Shown here one piece after another: positions 1 to 9,266 of a DNA stretch of 64,000 bases. Position 1 is the first letter of the stretch; every line of letters begins with the position of its first letter. The notes under the pieces are model-generated. The model worked only from the letters and a program-made list of their open reading frames with translations, was not told where the DNA came from and ran no database searches. The translations under genes were made by a program, and so were the position numbers. This DNA comes from an uncultured bacterium. Lineage in GTDB: Bacteria > Chloroflexota > UBA5177 > JANWHV01. The DNA lies in contig CAWHAE010000016.1 of the NCBI GenBank assembly GCA_963827235.1, positions 160,001 through 224,000 on the forward strand, written 5' to 3'.

Positions 1-186
1 CTGATCGAACAGGCTGAGGAGTACGGGCATAGCGAGCTACGAGAGTTCGGCTATCTGCTTATGCATGGCCTCCTGCACCTGCTCGGCTTCGATCATGAGA
101 CGGATGAGGACAAGGCGGTCATGAGAGCACGGGAGGAGGATCTGCTTGCAGCTGCCGGTCTCACCAGAACCGCCGAGGCATCCTAG
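1..186 (+). CDS. ybeY: rRNA maturation endoribonuclease YbeY (3' part, truncated by window edge)
   Basis: Frame 1 reads ...[43 protein letters not shown]...TAG(184-186). [11 protein letters not shown] is the YbeY motif, and ybeY-dgkA synteny is typical. Confidence 0.92.
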   Translation: MIEQAEEYGHSELREFGYLLMHGLLHLLGFDHETDEDKAVMRAREEDLLAAAGLTRTAEAS

Positions 187-547
187 AGCGGCATTCCTTT
201 CCGCCTTTCGCTTCGCCTGGATGGGCGTCGCGCACGTCCTGCGTACACAGCGAAATGCGCGCATCCATCTCGGCGCAGCGGCAGCGGTCATCGTTGCGGC
301 CCTTGTGCTTCGCCTGCCTGGGTTGGAAGTGGCCTTACTCGTAGCCTGTATCACATTTGTCTTCACTGCCGAGATGATTAACACGGTTGTCGAGGCAATC
401 GTGGATCTGCTGTCACCGGACTATCACCCACTCGCAAAAGTCGCCAAAGACGTCGCCGCCGGCGCGGTGCTTGTCTCTGCCGCGGGCGCGGCGGCCATTG
501 GTGCCATCATCTTTCTTCCCCACGCGTCGCACCTGCTCGGCCATTGA
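146..547 (+). CDS. dgkA: Diacylglycerol/undecaprenol kinase family membrane protein
   Basis: [20 protein letters not shown] and [13 protein letters not shown] motifs; three hydrophobic segments. Start uncertain (TTG 146 or ATG 221). Confidence 0.9.
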   Translation: MQLPVSPEPPRHPRAAFLSAFRFAWMGVAHVLRTQRNARIHLGAAAAVIVAALVLRLPGLEVALLVACITFVFTAEMINTVVEAIVDLLSPDYHPLAKVAKDVAAGAVLVSAAGAAAIGAIIFLPHASHLLGH

Positions 548-863
548 GCCGCAACGCGCCCTGCCTCGCCACCGTCCATACGTCGCCACGCACCTCACAG
601 CACCCACTGCTGTTGAGACTGTACGCCGCAACGGCGCCGGCAGGTACGGAACCGCCGCGATCCTGGCCCCGCAGGCGCTGCGGCCATCGTGGCATACACG
701 GATCGGTCCGGCAGCCGGTCGACGCGGTCCGCCGTCCAGTCCGGTGACGACCACGCGGGTCGATGCGGGCCGGATCCGACCGGTATCTACTGCGAAATCT
801 CGTAGAATGTCTAGAGGGACGCGAACGGTCTGCGTTCCCAGGGATGGAGAGTTTCTTTAAATC

Positions 864-2363
864 ATGAGTGACGTTGAGGAGCTGGCCGCGCGTAGACAGG
901 CGTTGGACGACTTGCGTGCTGCCGGCGTCGACCCCTACCCCGCCCGAGTCTCCCGAACGCACACGACGGCCGAGGCGCTGCAGGCGTTCGATCCCGAGAA
1001 GTCCGACGACGATCAGACGACGGTCGCCGTGGCCGGCCGCATGCTCACTCCAAGGCACATGGGCAAAGCGTCGTTCGTGCACGTCATCGACGGCAGCGGG
1101 CGTATACAGCTCTATCTGAAGCGCGACGTGGTCGGCGACGCACTGTTCGACCTCTTCAAGCAACTGCATCCAGGCGACATCATCGGTGCCTCTGGCACCG
1201 TCTTTCGCACGCGCACCGGTGAGATATCGATCAGGGTCGCCGAGTTCACGCTTCTGTCGAAGGCTCTCCGACCCTTACCGGACAAGTTCCACGGTATTCA
1301 GGACAAGGAGGCCCGCTACCGGAAGCGTTACCTCGATATGATCGCGAACCGGGATACCAGCTTTGCCCAGCTCATGCGCCGTACGGCGCTGGTATCGGCG
1401 ATTCGCAGGCTGCTCGAAAGCAGGGGCTTCGTCGAGGTCGAGACCCCAGTGCTACAGTCGCTGTACGGCGGCGCCCACGCGCGGCCGTTCCTGACCCACT
1501 TCAACGCCCTGGACGAAGACCTGTATCTCCGCATCGCTCTCGAGCTGTACCATAAGCGCCTCCTGATTGGCGGTATCGACAAGCTCTTCGAGATTGGGCG
1601 TGTGTTTCGCAACGAGGGGCTCTCGCGCAAGCACAACCCGGAGTTCACCCTGCTCGAGCTCTACTGGGCATACGCGGACTATCGCGACATCATGGCTCTG
1701 GTGGAATGGCTGGTATCGGAAGCAGCCGTCGCGCTCTTCGGCCGCCCGGAAGTCGTGCGCGAGGGCAAGACGATCGACCTCACGCCACCTTGGCCGCGCC
1801 AGACTCTCCGGGAGGCGATCGTGCTGGGGAGCGGGGTCGATTTCGCCGCATTCCCTCCGGGGGACGGTGACGCGGCGCTGCTCGAGGCGGCACGCCAGAG
1901 AGGCGTCCAGCTGCCGGACCACACTCCTCGTGCCAAGGTGATAGACGAGCTGCTCACTACCTTCGTAGAGCCCCAGCTGATTGCGCCGGCATTTCTATAC
2001 GACTACCCGATCGAGATGTCCCCGCTGGCCAAGAAGAAACCGGGCGATCCGAATCTGGTCGAGCGCTTTGAGGCGTTTGCCGGCGGCATGGAGATGGCCA
2101 ATGCCTTCACCGAGCTCAACGATCCGGTCGACCAGCGGCGGCGCTTCGAGGGACAGGTCGCCGACCGAGCGGCTGGAGACGTCGAAGCACAGCAATATGA
2201 TGAGGATTTCGTCGAGGCCATGGAGCACGGCATGCCGCCCGCGGGAGGTCTTGGCATCGGCATCGACAGGCTTGCCATGCTCTTCTGCGACGCAGAGACG
2301 ATCAAGGACGTTATGTTCTTCCCGCAGCTTCGACGTCCGGGGGCCACGGATGACGGCCAATGA
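864..2363 (+). CDS. lysS: Lysine--tRNA ligase (class II)
   Basis: OB-fold N-terminus (RHMGKASF), LYLRIALEL, FRNEGLSRKHNPEFT, GMPPAGGLGIGIDRL. Confidence 0.98.
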   Translation: MSDVEELAARRQALDDLRAAGVDPYPARVSRTHTTAEALQAFDPEKSDDDQTTVAVAGRMLTPRHMGKASFVHVIDGSGRIQLYLKRDVVGDALFDLFKQLHPGDIIGASGTVFRTRTGEISIRVAEFTLLSKALRPLPDKFHGIQDKEARYRKRYLDMIANRDTSFAQLMRRTALVSAIRRLLESRGFVEVETPVLQSLYGGAHARPFLTHFNALDEDLYLRIALELYHKRLLIGGIDKLFEIGRVFRNEGLSRKHNPEFTLLELYWAYADYRDIMALVEWLVSEAAVALFGRPEVVREGKTIDLTPPWPRQTLREAIVLGSGVDFAAFPPGDGDAALLEAARQRGVQLPDHTPRAKVIDELLTTFVEPQLIAPAFLYDYPIEMSPLAKKKPGDPNLVERFEAFAGGMEMANAFTELNDPVDQRRRFEGQVADRAAGDVEAQQYDEDFVEAMEHGMPPAGGLGIGIDRLAMLFCDAETIKDVMFFPQLRRPGATDDGQ

Positions 2364-2492
2364 AGGCAGGGTCGGCCGGGTGCCGGTGGCGTCGCACTGG
2401 GTGATCGATCTGCCGCGTGGCCGAGCTTGGCGCCGCCGCGGGATGAATGCTACCGGCTGACGTTCCGGGCCTCGTGAAGAAAGGATACGAAC

Positions 2493-3392
2493 ATGGCCAG
2501 GAAGGTGACCAAAGCCGTCATTCCGGCGGCAGGGCTGGGCTCCCGGCTTCTACCGGCGACCAAGGCGGTGCCAAAGGCTATGCTGCCGATAATCGACAAG
2601 CCGGTGATCCAGTACATCGTCGAGGAGGCCGCCGAGAGCGGCATCGAAGAGGTAATCGTGGTCACCAGTCGTGGACAGCAGGCTATCGAGGATCACTTCG
2701 ACCGATACTTTGAGCTGGAGGCGCGCCTTGGCCAGGCCGGCAAGACAGGACCTCTGGAAGCGGTAATCAAGCCGGCGAAGCTGGCAAACATGGTGTTCGT
2801 GCGACAGCCCGAACCGCTCGGCAACGGACACGCCGTCCTGTGCGCCAGGCAGATCGTGGGCGACGAGCCGTTCGCGATGCTGTGGGGCGACGACCTGGTA
2901 GTTCCCGGGCCGAGCGGAGAGGCGTGCCTGACCCAAATGCTGCGCGCTTTCGAGAAGTATGACGGCAGCATTCTCGCCGCGATGCGCGTGCCGAGGAACG
3001 ACTGGAACAAGTACGGCATGATTGCCGCCGATCCCGTCGACGAGAGGACGCTCCGAGTGCGCTCGATCGTCGAGAAGCCAGCCATCGACAAGTCGCCCTC
3101 CGATCTGGCACAGGTGAAGGGATGCATTCTCACTCCTGAGATCTTCGAGATACTGGCCAGGACGCCGGCCCAGCAGGGCAACGAGATCTGGCTGATGGAC
3201 GCCATCCAGCAGCTCATCGCCGTCCAGCCCGTCTTCGCCTACATCTTCGAAGGCAAACGATTCGACACGGGGAACGCCCTGGATTACCTGAAGACCAACA
3301 TCGAAGTAGCGCTGAGCCGCCCGGATCTCGCGGATGAGCTCAAGCACTACCTGCAGGGACTGGTGAAGGAGCTAGCCGGTGACGCCGGATGA
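2493..3392 (+). CDS. galU: UTP--glucose-1-phosphate uridylyltransferase
   Basis: KAVIPAAGLGSRLLPATKAVPKAMLPIIDKP, VRQPEPLGNGHA, IVEKP. Confidence 0.95.
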   Translation: MARKVTKAVIPAAGLGSRLLPATKAVPKAMLPIIDKPVIQYIVEEAAESGIEEVIVVTSRGQQAIEDHFDRYFELEARLGQAGKTGPLEAVIKPAKLANMVFVRQPEPLGNGHAVLCARQIVGDEPFAMLWGDDLVVPGPSGEACLTQMLRAFEKYDGSILAAMRVPRNDWNKYGMIAADPVDERTLRVRSIVEKPAIDKSPSDLAQVKGCILTPEIFEILARTPAQQGNEIWLMDAIQQLIAVQPVFAYIFEGKRFDTGNALDYLKTNIEVALSRPDLADELKHYLQGLVKELAGDAG

Positions 3393-4760
3393 CATCAGCC
3401 TGTCCGCCGATTCGTTGAAGTCGATCGTGCGCGTGACCAGAATCGGCAACTCCGAGGTCACGATCAGTCCGTGCTGACCCGCCGGGCTCCAGCCGTTTAT
3501 GTCAAGTGCAACCGACGCGGCGGCGCGCAAGGAGAGTTGTTTGCTTGTCACCCGGCTCCGAGTGGAAAGCATGCGGATACTAACTTGGGTGGAATGGGCG
3601 TTGACGTTGGCCAGGTAGAGAGTCTCGCGTGGACCGCTCGAGTTCTGCCTCGTGTCGCCTTCCGCGAGCTCGTGGATACGCGCGGCGCCGGCCGGACTGC
3701 CGACTACGCTGCCCCGGTATGTTCTCGCCAACGATGCTTCGCCGCTGCGAGGCAGCCGGCCTTCGTAGGAAGTAGCCACCGCCGGCGACGAGTGAACATG
3801 CAGGGCAACATTGCTTCCCAGGTCGCCGCCGCGCAGGGCCACCGCAAGCTGGCCGAGCGCCGGTACCACGACGCGGCGGACGCGAGCCGAGGGACTGGCA
3901 ACTGGGGTCAGGGAGAGCGCGGCAGGCACTCGATTCGGATTGAAGACCATGAGCGTGTCCGCGCCGCCTCCCGCGCCGGCGTGCTGAAGGTAGACGTCAT
4001 CGGAGAGCGTGGTGAGGCCGGGAAGGACGGTGTACCCGCGTCCATCGCCGTAGATGGTGCGCTCCTCCACGACCAGACCACCACTCTTGGACGCGGAAGC
4101 GACGGTCGCTGAGGTGGCGCCATCCGGAGCCTGGACACCGATCACGCTGACCGGGCCCACTGCCAGGTTCGCGGCCTTCTGCAGCCGGCCGTGCCGCACG
4201 AACGAGACGACGGCGTCGACGGTGAACGGGTAGGGATTGAGAAGCGCGATCCGCTCCTGTTCATCGGCGTTTATCCGCGTGCGGGGCAGATACCAATATG
4301 GCGCCGTCGAAGCCTGCCCAACGCTCAACGCAGCGCCCGTGCCCTCCTCGTCCGCGCTGCCATGATAGACTGTACGCTCTGCCACGATCGGCTCGCTGCT
4401 CCGCACGATGGCAGCCAGGAGGTCGCCGTAGCCGGCGGCGAAGCTGGCGTCCAGTGTGCCTCGGCTCCGAGGGTCCACGTCGGTGACCGCATAGACGCGC
4501 CGGCCGTCTGCCCGCACGAGCATGGTCAGCACGAGCGCGGTCCGAGAGCCCGGATTGAGAAACTCAAGCGTCTCGCGGTCCGTTGTGGCGCACGAACCTT
4601 CAGCGAAATACCACGTGGTGCGCTCGAGTCCGTTGAGAAGCGACGCAGGCTGTGCGCTCGCGGACCACATGCTGCCCGCATGCGAGTTATCTGGAACACC
4701 GGCGAGTGCGCCGGCGCGCTGCTGAGCAAGCACGGCGGCGCAGACGACCGCGGCAGCCAC
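3372..4760 (-). CDS. Secreted beta-repeat protein, DUF5719-like
   Basis: Hydrophobic N-terminus; repeated units WYFAEG...LNP...PIVAER and LAEG...LANVN...PILVTR. Confidence 0.6.
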   Translation of the reverse strand: MAAAVVCAAVLAQQRAGALAGVPDNSHAGSMWSASAQPASLLNGLERTTWYFAEGSCATTDRETLEFLNPGSRTALVLTMLVRADGRRVYAVTDVDPRSRGTLDASFAAGYGDLLAAIVRSSEPIVAERTVYHGSADEEGTGAALSVGQASTAPYWYLPRTRINADEQERIALLNPYPFTVDAVVSFVRHGRLQKAANLAVGPVSVIGVQAPDGATSATVASASKSGGLVVEERTIYGDGRGYTVLPGLTTLSDDVYLQHAGAGGGADTLMVFNPNRVPAALSLTPVASPSARVRRVVVPALGQLAVALRGGDLGSNVALHVHSSPAVATSYEGRLPRSGEASLARTYRGSVVGSPAGAARIHELAEGDTRQNSSGPRETLYLANVNAHSTQVSIRMLSTRSRVTSKQLSLRAAASVALDINGWSPAGQHGLIVTSELPILVTRTIDFNESADRLMSSGVTG

Positions 4761-4973
4761 GACCGTGTGAATGGAGATGAGGCGCAGAGTCGGTACTCCC
4801 GAGGCTCACGACTTGAGCGCATCAGGCCGACGCGCCAGCACGATCGTACTGCATTTGGCGCCGCGACGGCGGAGATCCAGAGGTCTTGGGACGAGTCGTT
4901 GCAGGGTGGCTGTACCATAGGCTGGAACGGCGCTGCGTCTCGGCCGCCGGCGAAGATAGAATTGGAGCCATAT

Positions 4974-6788
4974 ATGTCCTCGTCGCGTCCCGCGCTACCG
5001 CGGTGGGACCTTACCTCACTCTATCCCGACCTGCGATCGGACGCTTTCGTCCAGGCATACCACAAGATCGCCTCCGATGTCGCCGGCATGGCGCGGTACT
5101 GGGACGAGGAGGGCATAGGCCGCGCTCCGGTCGTCACGGCCGGGCCCCATGTCACCGAGATCCTCGAGCGGGCGATCACGCTACTGAGCGAGGTAGTTGA
5201 CCACGCGGCGACGACCGTGGCCTACGTGCGCGCCCACATCAGCACAGATTCGCGAGACGGCCACGCTCTCGCCCTGCTGAGCGAAGTGCAGCAACACCTC
5301 GTCACCCTGGACAAGCTCGATACTCGCCTGACGGCGTGGATCGGAGCGCTCGACCTCGATTCCATCCTGCCTGGGTCCGCCGTGGCAAGCATGCATGAGT
5401 ACGTGCTGCGACGAGCGCAGGTGGAGGCAGCGCACCAGATGTCCCCTGAGCTGGAATCGCTCGCTTCGGAGCTGAACGTGCCGGGCGGGCACGCCTGGGG
5501 CAGGCTGCACGCGGACTTCACCTCCCAGCTCACGGTGGAGGTTGAGATGCCGGACGGCGTACAGTCGCTACCCATGAGCGCGGCTCGCAACCTCGCCTTT
5601 CATCCTGATCGCGAGACCAGGCGCCGAGCCTACCATGCGGAGCTTGCGGCATGGGAAAAGGCGGCGGTACCGCTGGCGGCTGCAATCAACAGCATCAAGG
5701 GTGAAGACCGCGTGTTGCTGGAGCGCCGCGGCTGGCCGACTTCGCTCGACCTCGCGCTATTCAACAACCACATCGATCGCCGCACTCTTGAGGCCATGAT
5801 GTCCGCGGCACGGGCCTCATTTCCTCGTTTTCACTCCTATCTGAAGGCGAAGGCCGGGCTTCTCGGCCTTCCCGTGCTCGCCTGGTACGACGTCACGGCT
5901 CCGCTCGACCGGACCGAGCGTGAATGGTCGTTCGAGGACGCGGAGCGGTTCATCGTCAGGCACTTCACCGCGTTCTCTCCCAGGCTGGCTGCCCTCGCGG
6001 AGAGAGCCTTTGCCGAGCGATGGATCGACGCGGAGCCGCGCGAGGGCAAGCGAGGAGGCGGATTTTGCATGTCCCTTGTCGGCGAGGAGTCGCGAATCCT
6101 CGTCAACTATGTGCCGTCATTTGACGGCGTCAGCACATTGGCCCACGAGCTTGGTCACGCGTACCACAACTCCGTCCTGGCTTCACGTCCTCCGCTATTG
6201 CGCGTACGCGGCACCCCGTCTACTCTGGCGGAGACGGCGTCCATCTTCTGCGAGACCATTATCCGTCGCGCAGGCTTGCTGGAAGTTGCACCCGGCAGCC
6301 TCGTGAGCTTCCTGGATTCCAGCCTGTCCGGGATGTGCCAGGTGGTCGTCGACATCACTTCCCGTTTTCTCTTCGAGAGCCGCGTGTTCGAGGTCCGGGG
6401 GCGGCGCGAGCTGAACGTGGACGAGCTCAATGAGCTGATGCTTCGGTCTCAGAAAGAGGTGTTCGGAAACGCTGTCGACGAGAAGCAGCTTCATCCCTAT
6501 ATGTGGGCGGCCAAGCCGCACTACTACACGAGCTGGGCAAGCTTCTACAACTTCCCATACATGTTCGGCCAGCTATTCGGTCTCGGCCTGTTCGCAGCAT
6601 ATTCGGCGGATCCCGAGCGCTTCGTTGCTGCCTACGACGACTTCCTCGCCGCCACGAGCATGGCGGACGCGGCGGAGCTTGCCGCGCGATTCGGCGTCGA
6701 CGTACGCTCACCGCGCTTCTGGGAGACCAGTCTCGACGTGATCGGCGAGGACATAGATCGCTTCGTTCAGCTGGCCGCACAGCGCTAA
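4974..6788 (+). CDS. pepF: M3 family oligoendopeptidase F
   Basis: ATG 4974 after GGAG; PRWDLTSLY N-terminus, KRGGGFC, TLAHELGHAYH, FYNFPYMFG. The ORF-track extension to 4191 is spurious. Confidence 0.9.
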   Translation: MSSSRPALPRWDLTSLYPDLRSDAFVQAYHKIASDVAGMARYWDEEGIGRAPVVTAGPHVTEILERAITLLSEVVDHAATTVAYVRAHISTDSRDGHALALLSEVQQHLVTLDKLDTRLTAWIGALDLDSILPGSAVASMHEYVLRRAQVEAAHQMSPELESLASELNVPGGHAWGRLHADFTSQLTVEVEMPDGVQSLPMSAARNLAFHPDRETRRRAYHAELAAWEKAAVPLAAAINSIKGEDRVLLERRGWPTSLDLALFNNHIDRRTLEAMMSAARASFPRFHSYLKAKAGLLGLPVLAWYDVTAPLDRTEREWSFEDAERFIVRHFTAFSPRLAALAERAFAERWIDAEPREGKRGGGFCMSLVGEESRILVNYVPSFDGVSTLAHELGHAYHNSVLASRPPLLRVRGTPSTLAETASIFCETIIRRAGLLEVAPGSLVSFLDSSLSGMCQVVVDITSRFLFESRVFEVRGRRELNVDELNELMLRSQKEVFGNAVDEKQLHPYMWAAKPHYYTSWASFYNFPYMFGQLFGLGLFAAYSADPERFVAAYDDFLAATSMADAAELAARFGVDVRSPRFWETSLDVIGEDIDRFVQLAAQR

Positions 6789-7948
6789 CTCAGCGGTCTG
6801 AGGTTTCCACTCACCACGCTCCAGCGTTGCGATGCCGCCGGCAACGCCGGCATGTCCGCCGCGGCGCTGGTGACAAACGTCTGCCTGGCTTCGCTCGCCA
6901 GCTGCAGGATTGCCGCTCGCCGCCGGTCGTCGAGCTCGGAGGCAGCGTCGTCGAGCAGCAGCAGCGGGTAGTCGCCGGTATGCTCCCGTATGTACTCCAG
7001 CTCGGCCAGCTTGAGAGCGAGCGCCGCCGTGCGTTGTTGGCCCCGCGAGCCGAATGCCGTGACATCGACCTCGTTCACGAACAGAGCCAGGTCGTCGCGA
7101 TGCGGACCAACCAGCGATACGCCGGTGGCCACCTCGCGAGCACGAACTTGACCGACGCTTCGCTTGAGCTGCACGAGCGCTTCCAGGGAATCGCCGGACT
7201 GCAGACGGTCGGCGTCCTGCGGGTCGACCAGACCGGGCCTGTAGCGAATCTGCAGGCTCTCGAGCCCACCCGTTAGCCTGGGCTGCCGTTCGGCGGCGGT
7301 ACTGGCAAGCTCGTGAACGGCCGCGGCGCGCCAGGACAGGATCTGGGCGCCCAGCTCGCAGACGTTTTCGTCCCAATACTCGAGCGAGCCGGCCGGCTGC
7401 TGGCGGTCTCGCACCTGGCGAAGCAACGCGTTGCGCTGCAGTATCGCGCGGCCGTACCGGTTGAGCACCCGCACGTACGCCGGATTGACCTGGCAGAGCA
7501 TGATGTCGAGGAATCGCCTGCGCTGCGACGGCCCTCCCCCGACCAGATCCACGTCGGCCGGAGAGAAGAACACGGCATTGACGCGGCCAAGGACCTCGCC
7601 CGCTCGACGCTCGGTCCCGTTGACCTTGAACCGCTTGCGGGCCGGGCTGTCGGCGCCGCCTTCCCTGATCAGGATCTCGATCACATGATGGCCTGTACCG
7701 CCGTCGACGCGCCCGACAACGCGCGCAAAAGCTTGCCCGACCAGCGGATCACGATCGTGCCACGATACCAGATCGGCATCCGAACGAGCGCGTGAGGACT
7801 TGGTAGTGGCCAGCATGTACACCGCCTCGAGCAGGTTCGTCTTGCCCTGAGCATTCTCGCCCTGGAGAACGATCAGGCCCGGCTCAAAGGCAACGTCCAA
7901 GCTGCTGTAGTTACGGAAATGCTGCAGTGTCAGATGGCGAAGGAACAA
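6785..7948 (-). CDS. recF: DNA replication/repair protein RecF
   Basis: FRNY, GENAQGKTNLLEA Walker A, RRRFLD, GPHRDD, GSRGQQR, LLLDD. Confidence 0.97.
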   Translation of the reverse strand: MFLRHLTLQHFRNYSSLDVAFEPGLIVLQGENAQGKTNLLEAVYMLATTKSSRARSDADLVSWHDRDPLVGQAFARVVGRVDGGTGHHVIEILIREGGADSPARKRFKVNGTERRAGEVLGRVNAVFFSPADVDLVGGGPSQRRRFLDIMLCQVNPAYVRVLNRYGRAILQRNALLRQVRDRQQPAGSLEYWDENVCELGAQILSWRAAAVHELASTAAERQPRLTGGLESLQIRYRPGLVDPQDADRLQSGDSLEALVQLKRSVGQVRAREVATGVSLVGPHRDDLALFVNEVDVTAFGSRGQQRTAALALKLAELEYIREHTGDYPLLLLDDAASELDDRRRAAILQLASEARQTFVTSAAADMPALPAASQRWSVVSGNLRPLS

Positions 7949-7952
7949 TGTC

Positions 7953-9089
7953 CTAGCGCGGCACGGTCACGGGCATGATCACATGCAGGAAGTCGGCGCC
8001 ATCCACCGGGCGCAGGACGCCGGCGTGCGTCGGGCCGGTCAGCTCAAGCGCCACCTGAGTGGAGTTCACCACGTTCAGGGCGTCGGCGACGTACTTGCTG
8101 TTGAAGCCTATCTTCAGGGCGTCGCCGCTCACCACCGCATCCACCACGCTGTCGTTGTCGCCGATATCCTGCGTCTCCGCGCTTACCGTCACCGTACCGT
8201 TGCCGTCACCGCTGGATTCGATACTCAGACGAAGCATGCTTGCGCCGTCGCGCGCGAAGAAGCTGGCGATCTTGACCGCCTTCTGAAGATCCGCGGTGTT
8301 GGCCACGACGCGCGTGCGGAACTCCTTGGGGATGATCTGCTTGTATGGGACGAACTGCTCATTGAGTAGCGTGGCGAGGAAGTCGACGTTCTCCATGTGG
8401 AACAGGATCTGGCCGCGATTGGGGGTCACGGTGATTGAGACCGGGCTGTCGTCGTCCGGCAGAATGCGTCCCAACTCGGCCACCGTACGGGCGGGAATGA
8501 GTACGCTGAAATCGGCAGCCGACGGCGAGCTGAGTGTCGCGGTGCGCACCGAGAGCCTGTATGCATCGGAAGCCGTCAGAGTCAGCGTGTCGCCCGAGAA
8601 GGTGGTGAACACGCCTTGCAGCGGACCCCGCGTCGCGTCGGTCGACGCGGCAAAGACCACCTGACCGATCATGCCGCGCAGCAAGCCCGCGGGAACGGTC
8701 GCAGACACCTCGTCGGCGATGGTCGGGATGAGCGGAAACTCGTCGGCGTCGATGCCGCGAATGTTGGCCGAATAGCGCGAGCAGCGGAGCGTGCTCACGA
8801 CCTGGCTGCTCGGCGTCGACAGCTCCACAGGCTCGTCGGGAAGGCTGTTGACGAACTCGGTCACCAGCCTGGCTGGAAGCGTCACGGCGCCTTCCTCCGA
8901 GACCATGGCAGGAATCCACACGGTGACCCCAACCTTTAGATCGGTCGCCGACAGCCGGAGCCGCCCGTCGTCAGTCGCGAACAGGATGTTGCTGAGCACC
9001 GGCAACGTGCTGGCCGAGCTCGTGCCAACGCCGCGGTTAACGACCTGGAGCCCCCGGCTGAGCGTTTCCTGCGAGCAAGACAGCTTCAT
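7953..9089 (-). CDS. dnaN: DNA polymerase III beta sliding clamp
   Basis: LPVLSNI, LSATDL, ASDAYRL, IGFNSKY, HVIMPV; 378 aa; directly upstream of recF. Confidence 0.97.
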   Translation of the reverse strand: MKLSCSQETLSRGLQVVNRGVGTSSASTLPVLSNILFATDDGRLRLSATDLKVGVTVWIPAMVSEEGAVTLPARLVTEFVNSLPDEPVELSTPSSQVVSTLRCSRYSANIRGIDADEFPLIPTIADEVSATVPAGLLRGMIGQVVFAASTDATRGPLQGVFTTFSGDTLTLTASDAYRLSVRTATLSSPSAADFSVLIPARTVAELGRILPDDDSPVSITVTPNRGQILFHMENVDFLATLLNEQFVPYKQIIPKEFRTRVVANTADLQKAVKIASFFARDGASMLRLSIESSGDGNGTVTVSAETQDIGDNDSVVDAVVSGDALKIGFNSKYVADALNVVNSTQVALELTGPTHAGVLRPVDGADFLHVIMPVTVPR

Positions 9090-9266
9090 TCGCGGTCCTC
9101 CACGGACACTACAAGCGGTCGCGCATGGGATCTTTTGGAGCAGCGTCCAACCGTCGCGTGACGTGACGCGCCATTCCTCATAGACCGTTTATCAGACGGG
9201 GAGTATGATACAGCAGGCTACTGGAGGCAACAAGGCGCTCGATTGCCCCGTTCACCGGAGGTTGCT

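Noticed and set aside
548-863. Possible T-box or lysine riboswitch upstream of lysS
   Set aside because: No T-box or L-box consensus; only a TAGAAT -10-like hexamer and a short hairpin
4191-4973. 261-aa N-terminal extension of pepF in the ORF track
   Set aside because: It overlaps the opposite-strand DUF5719-like gene, and a good RBS and family-typical start exist at 4974
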